Assembly: GCA_934162615.1 (NCBI GenBank)
Contig: CAKPJK010000001.1
Location: 29,754 to 93,753 of the forward strand
Source: an uncultured Clostridia bacterium
Lineage (GTDB): Bacteria > Bacillota > Clostridia > TANB77 > CAG-508
Length of the DNA: 64,000 nt
Direction: 5' to 3'
In this document: positions 56,306 to 64,000 of the stretch, in pieces
Layout of the letters: every line of letters starts with the position of its first letter
Numbering within the stretch: the stretch's first letter is position 1
Made by a program: the position numbers and the translations under genes
The notes under the pieces: generated by a model
What the model saw: the letters and a program-made list of their open reading frames with translations, nothing else
What the model was told of the DNA's origin: nothing
Database searches by the model: none

Positions 56306-59300
56306 ATGAAAAATCAAGTAACGAATTTAATTACAAAAATAATTTCAATTCTAGTCATAATGCTAATGATGGTAAACAGTTCATTAATGTTAGTAATATC
56401 AGTAGCAGTAGACGCAGTACAAAAAATAATAGACGAATCAAAAATAAATGCTGTATACGAATTGAATATGGAGAAGTATGTAAATTATAAAATGGGAGAC
56501 AAGCAAGGAATGCTTGTACAAACATGCTTAAAAACAGGAATTGAATATCAAGAAGGGCAAGAATATGTACCTATAGATACATCAAATGTAATTATAAACG
56601 CTCCAAAGGTAAATGATAAATATCCAGAAAGTGTAGAAGTTGTAACAAAATCAACAAAAGCAACAAATGGGGATGGAAATGGTAAAGATGTTAATTATAC
56701 TTACAACAAAGATAATGGTGAGTTAACAATAACTACAGAAAATAAAGCAGATGGAAAAGGAAACTTCTATGCAGAAAATGTTGCAGGAGCAAGAGATGAA
56801 TATCAATTAGATTTTTATTATGATGAGAATTGTTATAATGGAGAAAATGCAAAAAGAACTTTAGATTTTTCAGGGAAAGTAGAGTTAAAATTAAAAGATG
56901 ATAGAGACATTAGAAGAACACAAGATATTTCTCAAAAATTTGAAGTAGCAGAAAATGTTTCTGGCTTAGTGTCTGCAGATGTAACAACAAGTGATATTTA
57001 TAATGGATATATTAATGCAAATATTCAAAATAATTCTACATATAGAACAGAATATACGGAGAATGTAAAAATTCAAACAAGTTATAAGGAAATTGCAGAT
57101 GAGATAACAGTAAATTCAAAAAATTTATTTGTAAATAATAAAGGTAAAGAAAGTGAAACACAAGATATAATTTATAAAAGCACAAATGTAAATAAAAACG
57201 AAATACTTGATAAATTGGGACAAGATGGATATTTACAAATTTTAGATAAAGACGGAAGTGTGTTGGCAACAATTAATAAAGATACAAAAGCAGATGATAA
57301 TGGAAATGTTCAAGTTGGATATGAGGGAGAGAAAACAGAACTTAATTTTAAATTTAGTAAACCTGTAAAATTAGGTGATATTAATATTCAAAACACAAAA
57401 GAAATTAAAGAAACAATGAAAGATGCAAATGTTGCAAAAGTTGAAACAAGAAATACTGTTTCTTGTGTTAATAATGTAACAGAGAAAACTAAAGTTGTGG
57501 ATGAGGAGACTAAAGAAGAGAAAGAAGTAGAGAATACTAAACAGGTAGAAGTTTATAATTATGTTGGTACAAGTGCAACAGAAATAAAAGAGGCTAAGAC
57601 TGATGTTAAGGTTACTGCTAATAATACTAATTGGACAAATAATGTTCAAAATGATGTTACTTTTACAGCTACATTGATTACAAGTGGACCTGAGTATAAT
57701 TTGTTTAAAAATCCAGTTATTGACATAAAATTGCCTAAAGAGGTTGAGAAAGTAATTTTAGGTAATATATCAGTGTTATATGATAATAATTTAAAAATTA
57801 AAAATGCTGAAATTAAGGAAACTAATGATGGAAAAGTAATAAAAATTAGTATAGAAGGATTACAAAGTAGTTATTTATTAAATTCTATGACAGATGGTGC
57901 AAACATTATTATACCGGCTACCGTAATATTAAATAAGAGTATAAATTCAATAGATACTTCTATTGATATAGATTGTTATAATGAAAATAATAAACAAAGT
58001 ATTAATCAGTCAATTCAGGTTAAATTAGATTCGATTTTTGCTGAAACAAAAACAAATGAGGTTGTAACAGAGAGTGCTAAGGATGTTAAGAGTATTAATG
58101 CAGAGGATTTAACAATTACTTCTACGGCACAAGTTGGAGATAATTTCTTGAATGAGGGGGATACAGTATATGAAGATCAAATAATAAAATATAATGTAAA
58201 AATAAAAAATAATACAGAAAAAGAAATAACAGGAATAAATGTAGTAGGAAAAATTCCTGATGGAATGAGCTATACTACTATCTCTAGAGGAAATGGAGAT
58301 GATTTTGATGCTTTATATGAATATGTTCCCAATAATGATATAAAAGAATATACTCAAAATATAGAAAAAATAGATGCAAATTCTACAATAGATATATCAT
58401 ACGAAGTTGTTGTAAATAAACTTGCTGATGGCGAAAATAAGAAAAGTAGTTTGTGTACTATAAATGTACAAAATATTAATGGAAAAATTTTAAATACATA
58501 CAAAATCAATAATAATATAGAGAAAGCAGAACTAAAGTTAAGATTGAAATCTGGAAATAGTGGAAGATTAGAAGAAGAAAATGAGTGGCAATATTATTTA
58601 GAGATTGATAATCTTACAGATAAGGATTATGAAAATTTAAATGTTAGCTTTTATTTCCCAGGTAATTTGAAAGTAGCAAGGGCTTTTTTACAAATAGGTG
58701 ATTATAATTTAGATGTTAGCGATTTAAAAAATAAAGAATTAAATATGAAACTAGAAAAGATTGCTGCTGGTGAAAAATTAATAGTAGCGGTATATACTTT
58801 AGGATGCGATTTTGATGATAATAAGTATGAATACGATTTAAGGATGACAGCCAAAGTTTCAGGAGAAAATATTAATACATATTGGTCAAATGAAAATCTT
58901 CAAACAATGTATGTTGAAGGATTAGAGGTCGTACAAACATCAGAAAAAGAAGGACAAGAAATTAAGTATGATGAAAAAGTTGAATATAATGTAACAATAA
59001 AAAATGTTGGAAAATCTTTAAATAGAAAACAAACTTATGCATATATTATAGATAATTTACCTGAAGATTTAATTCCTGAGACTATGGAATATGATAAGTA
59101 TACTTATGATGAAAAAAATGATACTTTTTCAAAAAATAGAGAAACGGTTGATATTTCTGAATTAAAAGGAACAGGAATAAATACAGGTATCATGATTCCA
59201 ATGGGAGAGCAGATTAATGTTAAAATAATTGCAAAGGCAAATATTGTTTATGAAAAAACAGAAATTAGCAATACTATAATTGTAAAAGGAAATAATATTA

Positions 59301-62300
59301 ATACTAAGATTTCTAATACAATAAAAAATATAATTTTACCATATAATTATGTTGAACCAGATCCCGATAATCCGGATCCAGACAATCCAAATCCCGATAA
59401 TCCGGACCCAGATAATCCAAATCCTGACAATCCAGATCCAGATAACCCAAATCCGGACAATCCGGATAATCCAAATACAAATAAACATAGTATATCAGGT
59501 TTGGTATGGAATGATGAAAATAAAAATGGTTCAAGGGAAGATACGGAAAGTTTATTGTCAAATATTACTGTAAAACTATTTAATATAGATACAAATGAAA
59601 TTGCTATGAATAATAGTAATAAACAAATAGTTGTAACAGATAATGAAGGAAAATATAAATTTGATGGAGTTGAAAATGGAAATTATATTGTGCTATTCGA
59701 ATATGATACAGATAATTATGTATTAACCAATTATCAGGTAAAGGGAATAGGTGAGGACAAAAATTCAGATGCTATTTTGAAAGAAGTTTCTATAGATGGA
59801 ATTGAGAAAAAGGTAGGTTTGACTGATACTTTGAAAGTTACAAATTCTAATATAGAACATATTGATATGGGGCTCATCAAAAATAAAAAATTTGATTTAA
59901 GTTTAAAAAAATTCATTACTGATGTAAAAGTAACCAATAAAGCAAAAAACAAAACTCAAAATTATGAATACAATAATACGCAATTGGCAAAAGTTGAGGT
60001 ACCATCAAAAGAATTATCAAATACTACATTGGAAATAAAATATAAGATAATAGTAACTAATGAGGGCGAAAGTTCAGGATATGTTAATGAGATTTTAGAT
60101 TATTTACCAGATGGACTAAGTTTTAGTGAATTGACAAATGAGAATTGGACAAAAAATGCAAATGGAGATTTGGTTTCTTCTGAATTGGCTGGAAAGGAGA
60201 TTAAGCCTGGAGAAAGCAAGGAAGTGACATTAATATTAACTAAAGAGCTAAACTCTAATTCTTTGGGAACTATAGTAAACTCTGCAGAGTTATCTAAAGT
60301 TGTTAATGGAGATAATGTAAAGGATATAGATTCTGTTCCAGCTAATAAAAATGTAAGTGAAGATGACTATTCAGAGGCTAAGATAATAGTATCAATTAAG
60401 ACAGGTATAGTAATGTATACAATATTAATAATATTTATTTTATCAATTGTGTTATTAATAGTTTTAATGAAGAAAAATATAATATCATTAAAAAATGTAT
60501 TTAAGGTTGTGGCAATTATATTTGTTGGTGGTGTTACTTTATACCAAACAGTTAGTTATGCAACGAAAACAGATACAGACTGGGATAATGGAGCGATTGG
60601 ATATATAAAAGGACATTTGTCAGAAAGTGGGGGATCATCAACTACTGTAATTGGGGATATTAATACTAATTCGTCTAATTTCGCAACACATTCAACACCA
60701 TATAAAGATTATGTAAATACAGGTAAAATACATTGTGCCGATAACTCTGGAACTTATTCGATGTGTGGAAGTAAATGGCATAAATTTGAATTAGAGAGTG
60801 TAAGTGTAAAAATTACAGATAGACAGACTTATCCACAAGTAGCTTCAAATAATACATACGAATCTGCTGGAAGTACAGAAGTAAATATGGTTAATATAGA
60901 TGGCTATAATATAGTTGGACCATATAGAATTAATAAAAAAGGAAGTTGTGCTGATACAACTCCTTCATTGCAGGTATATACTGATAGTAGTAATAATGCA
61001 AAGCATATGATTACTGATAGTAAAGGCAATGAAAAAGATTTGAAATATAATGAGGATTTCTATATAAAAGTCTATTCAAGTGTTAAAAAGATTTTAAAAG
61101 TAGAAGCTACAATTTATGTTGATGTTTCTTATTCTAGAATTATGAAGTATGATATTTATGAAAGATGGAAATGTACTGATGTTGAAAGTGAAGGGCATGG
61201 TCATGGATGTTCAGATCCTGAAAAGGTTCAACCGGGAGAAGTTCCATGGATAGATATATATAAAACTTTCTATTTGACAGACAGGGCCAAACGTACAGTA
61301 GTTTTGCCTGGATCAAAAGAAATGGTTGGGAATTTAACAATAAAAAAGAAAGATAGTTCAACGGGAAATGCGTTAGCTGGAGTAAAATTTCAAATAAAGG
61401 GACCAAGTGGAACTTTTAATGGAACTACAGACAAAGATGGAAAAATAAAATTAGAAAATCTTAAGCCAGGTAAATATACTGTTACAGAGACAGCAACAGC
61501 GTCAGGATATTATCTTGGTTGGCAGGCAGAGGGAGATAAAAAGACAAATGTGACTGTGACAGCAGGAAACACAAAGAACGTTGAAATTAAAAATAAAAAA
61601 TATGGAAGTCTTCAAATAATAAAAATGGATGCAGACACAGGAGAAAAATTATCGGGAGCAACTTTCAAAATATCGGGACCTAAGGGATATTTAACACTAA
61701 AAACAACTACAGATGGTGTAATTACCTTAGAAAAACTAGAGCTAGGAGAATATACGATAAAAGAAATGAAAGCTCCAGAAGATTATGATATAACTCTACA
61801 AGAAAATGATGAAGTTAAAGTAACAGTTACAGCAAGTTCAGATGGAAAACCGACGTATGTATGCACAAGGACAAACAAACAATATGGAAATTTAAAAGTT
61901 GTTAAAAAAGATAAAGATTCAAACAGTACATCATTAGGAAATATAAAATTATCAGGAGTACAATTTAAATTGTATGTAATAAAAGATGGACAAAAGAGAT
62001 ATTTGAGTAATGTAAATAAAACAAAATATAGTTATGGCGACTTTAGTGTAACAGAGTCAAATAAGGCATCTGCAAAAACATTTACAACAGATGACAATGC
62101 ACAATTTACAGTAAATAATTTACCAGTATATAATGGCTCAAGTAAGATAACATATTATGTTCAAGAATATGCGTTACCAGATAGTTTAGCAGAATTCTAT
62201 GATGTTAAAACAACAGGAGAAGGTGTAACAATATCAAATGGACAAACACAAGGTAAAGATTTCTTAAATGAACAAAAATATGTTAATTTATCAGGATATG

Positions 62301-64000
62301 TATGGGAAGATGTTGCGGCAAGTAAGCAAACGACGAGAAATGATGTGTATGATAATGGAGAAAAACGAATACCAGGAATAACGGTTAGATTAAAGAAAAA
62401 TGATACTGTAATTAAAACAACAACAACAGACCAAAGTGGAAAATATAAATTCCAAAAAGTAGATAAAACAGAATTGAAAAACTACTATGTAGAATTTGAA
62501 TATAATGGTTTGAAATACCAAAGTGTAGCATACAAGAACCAAGATAATGGTTCAAGAGCAATTGAAGGAAGTACAGCAAGAACAAGCTTTAATAATTCAT
62601 TTGCAAGTATAACAGGAGGAAACGAAAAAGGTAACTCAACAACAGGATATTCAAGAAATACAAGTGGAACAGTAACAAATCAATTAACTTATAGTAATGG
62701 ACAATATAAATCAGCATTAGTAGGAAATACTGGTTATACTGCATCAAGTGCAACAAACTCAGTATCTTCACGTAATGGATCATCAGGGGCTACAATAAAG
62801 GCAAGTACACATGAATCAGGATATTCATTAGCACATTGGAGTGCAGGAGTTACTGAAATAGGAAACATCAATTTAGGAATTTATTTAAGAGATCAACCTG
62901 ATATGGCGATTGCAACTGACTTAGATGCAATAGATCTTGAAATGAATGGATATAATCATACATATAAATATAACAGAAGATTTGCAAATACAGGATTGGA
63001 TATATTCTCAGAAATACAAAAATGGAATAATAGTCAGGATGATTTAAAATATCCAAGAACATATACTAGAAAAATTTATAAAGATTATATTTATGCATCT
63101 GCTGTAGATGGTGACGGAAAATTAAATGAAAAAGATAAGTTACAAGTTTACTTAACATATAAAATTGTTATTAAAAACGAATCATCATTATATATGTCAG
63201 CAAATGAAGTATCAAATTATTTTGATAAAACATTAGATTACAGTTCATCATATTATGTTGATAGCAATGGAAACAAGGTAAATGTGAACTGGACATCAAA
63301 TGGCGATAAAAATGGATACAGTCAAAGAAGAACAACAGGATTAAAAGATGTAAGAATAGCACCTGGTTCTAGTTTAACAGTTTATTTAAAAATGAAGAAA
63401 AATACAGTATTAAGTTGGGCTGATAAAGATGCTATAGAGGAGAATGCATATAGTATTTCAGAAATTACATCATATTCAACATATACAAAGAGTCAAAATA
63501 ATTATGTACATTATGCTGGTATAGATAAAGATTCAGCACCAGATAATATAAGACTTGGATCACAAAATACATATGAAGATGACACGGATTCAGCGCCAGT
63601 TGTAAAAATAACATTTGATGAACCAAGAACAATTTCAGGATATGTATTTGAGGACAAGACTGCATCAGATTCATTACAAACAAATAACGAAAGAAAAGGT
63701 AATGGCAAATATGAATCTAATACAGATGGATATGTTGAAAATGTTAAAGTAGAGTTAGTAAAAAAAGACGGCGGAAAGGCATATATATATCCACAGGCTG
63801 TTAAGAATTCAAGCTTTAATGCGAAGGTTGCAGAGTATACAACGACAAAAGATGGAAAAGGATATTATGAATTTGTTGGTGTAATTCCGGGAGAGTACTA
63901 CATTAAGTATACTTATCCAAATGGAACTACAAAGATATACACACCACAAGGACAAGAAAAGGCTACAGTAACAACACAAGATTATAAATCTACAATAGTA
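56306..64000 (+). CDS. Second giant two-module surface protein, paralog of 46750-55386; 3' end beyond the window
   Basis: ATG 56306 with SD AGGAGGG. Absent from the ORF track because no stop occurs before the window end. I spot-checked the frame at 59357 (PD repeat), 60392 (SIKTG) and 63962 (ATVTTQDYKSTIV, matching paralog A). The N-terminal 200 aa look highly similar to paralog A by eye. Confidence 0.85.
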   Translation, partial: MKNQVTNLITKIISILVIMLMMVNSSLMLVISVAVDAVQKIIDESKINAVYELNMEKYVNYKMGDKQGMLVQTCLKTGIEYQEGQEYVPIDTSNVIINAPKVNDKYPESVEVVTKSTKATNGDGNGKDVNYTYNKDNGELTITTENKADGKGNFYAENVAGARDEYQLDFYYDENCYNGENAKRTLDFSGKVELKLKDDRDIRRTQDISQKFEVAENVSGLVSADVTTSDIYNGYINANIQNNSTYRTEYTENVKIQTSYKEIADEITVNSKNLFVNNKGKESETQDIIYKSTNVNKNEILDKLGQDGYLQILDKDGSVLATINKDTKADDNGNVQVGYEGEKTELNFKFSKPVKLGDINIQNTKEIKETMKDANVAKVETRNTVSCVNNVTEKTKVVDEETKEEKEVENTKQVEVYNYVGTSATEIKEAKTDVKVTANNTNWTNNVQNDVTFTATLITSGPEYNLFKNPVIDIKLPKEVEKVILGNISVLYDNNLKIKNAEIKETNDGKVIKISIEGLQSSYLLNSMTDGANIIIPATVILNKSINSIDTSIDIDCYNENNKQSINQSIQVKLDSIFAETKTNEVVTESAKDVKSINAEDLTITSTAQVGDNFLNEGDTVYEDQIIKYNVKIKNNTEKEITGINVVGKIPDGMSYTTISRGNGDDFDALYEYVPNNDIKEYTQNIEKIDANSTIDISYEVVVNKLADGENKKSSLCTINVQNINGKILNTYKINNNIEKAELKLRLKSGNSGRLEEENEWQYYLEIDNLTDKDYENLNVSFYFPGNLKVARAFLQIGDYNLDVSDLKNKELNMKLEKIAAGEKLIVAVYTLGCDFDDNKYEYDLRMTAKVSGENINTYWSNENLQTMYVEGLEVVQTSEKEGQEIKYDEKVEYNVTIKNVGKSLNRKQTYAYIIDNLPEDLIPETMEYDKYTYDEKNDTFSKNRETVDISELKGTGINTGIMIPMGEQINVKIIAKANIVYEKTEISNTIIVKGNNINTKISNTIKNIILPYNYVEPDPDNPDPDNPNPDNPDPDNPNPDNPDPDNPNPDNPDNPNTNKHSISGLVWNDENKNGSREDTESLLSNITVKLFNIDTNEIAMNNSNKQIVVTDNEGKYKFDGVENGNYIVLFEYDTDNYVLTNYQVKGIGEDKNSDAILKEVSIDGIEKKVGLTDTLKVTNSNIEHIDMGLIKNKKFDLSLKKFITDVKVTNKAKNKTQNYEYNNTQLAKVEVPSKELSNTTLEIKYKIIVTNEGESSGYVNEILDYLPDGLSFSELTNENWTKNANGDLVSSELAGKEIKPGESKEVTLILTKELNSNSLGTIVNSAELSKVVNGDNVKDIDSVPANKNVSEDDYSEAKIIVSIKTGIVMYTILIIFILSIVLLIVLMKKNIISLKNVFKVVAIIFVGGVTLYQTVSYATKTDTDWDNGAIGYIKGHLSESGGSSTTVIGDINTNSSNFATHSTPYKDYVNTGKIHCADNSGTYSMCGSKWHKFELESVSVKITDRQTYPQVASNNTYESAGSTEVNMVNIDGYNIVGPYRINKKGSCADTTPSLQVYTDSSNNAKHMITDSKGNEKDLKYNEDFYIKVYSSVKKILKVEATIYVDVSYSRIMKYDIYERWKCTDVESEGHGHGCSDPEKVQPGEVPWIDIYKTFYLTDRAKRTVVLPGSKEMVGNLTIKKKDSSTGNALAGVKFQIKGPSGTFNGTTDKDGKIKLENLKPGKYTVTETATASGYYLGWQAEGDKKTNVTVTAGNTKNVEIKNKKYGSLQIIKMDADTGEKLSGATFKISGPKGYLTLKTTTDGVITLEKLELGEYTIKEMKAPEDYDITLQENDEVKVTVTASSDGKPTYVCTRTNKQYGNLKVVKKDKDSNSTSLGNIKLSGVQFKLYVIKDGQKRYLSNVNKTKYSYGDFSVTESNKASAKTFTTDDNAQFTVNNLPVYNGSSKITYYVQEYALPDSLAEFYDVKTTGEGVTISNGQTQGKDFLNEQKYVNLSGYVWEDVAASKQTTRNDVYDNGEKRIPGITVRLKKNDTVIKTTTTDQSGKYKFQKVDKTELKNYYVEFEYNGLKYQSVAYKNQDNGSRAIEGSTARTSFNNSFASITGGNEKGNSTTGYSRNTSGTVTNQLTYSNGQYKSALVGNTGYTASSATNSVSSRNGSSGATIKASTHESGYSLAHWSAGVTEIGNINLGIYLRDQPDMAIATDLDAIDLEMNGYNHTYKYNRRFANTGLDIFSEIQKWNNSQDDLKYPRTYTRKIYKDYIYASAVDGDGKLNEKDKLQVYLTYKIVIKNESSLYMSANEVSNYFDKTLDYSSSYYVDSNGNKVNVNWTSNGDKNGYSQRRTTGLKDVRIAPGSSLTVYLKMKKNTVLSWADKDAIEENAYSISEITSYSTYTKSQNNYVHYAGIDKDSAPDNIRLGSQNTYEDDTDSAPVVKITFDEPRTISGYVFEDKTASDSLQTNNERKGNGKYESNTDGYVENVKVELVKKDGGKAYIYPQAVKNSSFNAKVAEYTTTKDGKGYYEFVGVIPGEYYIKYTYPNGTTKIYTPQGQEKATVTTQDYKSTIV
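59357..59476 (+). repeat. In-frame (P-D/N-N-P) repeat linker in giant gene B
   Basis: PDPDNPDPDNPNPDNPDPDNPNPDNPDPDNPNPDNPDNPN. Longer than in paralog A. Confidence 0.9.

Overview
Very AT-rich, origin-proximal chromosome segment of a spore-forming Firmicute (Clostridia-like; species not identifiable from sequence alone). The backbone is housekeeping and sporulation genes: mnmE-mnmG-rsmG-parA-parB-DUF4446, two tRNA-Ser genes, gerM-like, trmN6-rsmI-abrB, spmA-spmB, rlmH, yycJ-like MBL, murA, spoIIR, a UDP-sugar pyrophosphorylase/phosphoglucomutase pair, and a ttcA-like gene. Three accessory blocks stand out. (1) 8997-22482, directly after the tRNA-Ser pair, is a 13.5-kb type IV secretion (T4SS)-like mating-pair-formation operon. 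It has three tandem VirB2/TrbC-like pilin paralogs, a PrgI/VirB3-like protein, VirB4 ATPase, a VirB6-like polytopic protein, a bifunctional cell-wall hydrolase and VirB8/TcpC-like proteins. I see no relaxase, coupling protein or integrase in the window. (2) Two tandem giant surface-protein genes (46750-55386, and 56306 to beyond the window end) share a duplicated control region. Each carries, in mid-ORF, a sortase-like sorting signal followed by a second signal-peptide-like segment, giving a two-module 'polyprotein' layout. (3) Two par/fst-style type I toxin-antitoxin-like modules (about 28.1-28.4 kb and 33.5-33.8 kb) plus one orphan antitoxin-like sRNA copy (34.2 kb). Each module has a 22-23-aa peptide gene convergent with a small RNA, a shared bidirectional terminator, and sRNA 5' complementarity to the peptide start-codon region. 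Other items: tandem Spo0A boxes at two intergenic sites, a GC-rich structured element between the giant genes, a PBECR-like small nuclease gene, a twice-frameshifted Rpn-family nuclease pseudogene and a poly-proline ORF. I saw no CRISPR array, rRNA, intact transposase or integrase. All functional calls rest on by-eye motif recognition and need HMM/BLAST confirmation.
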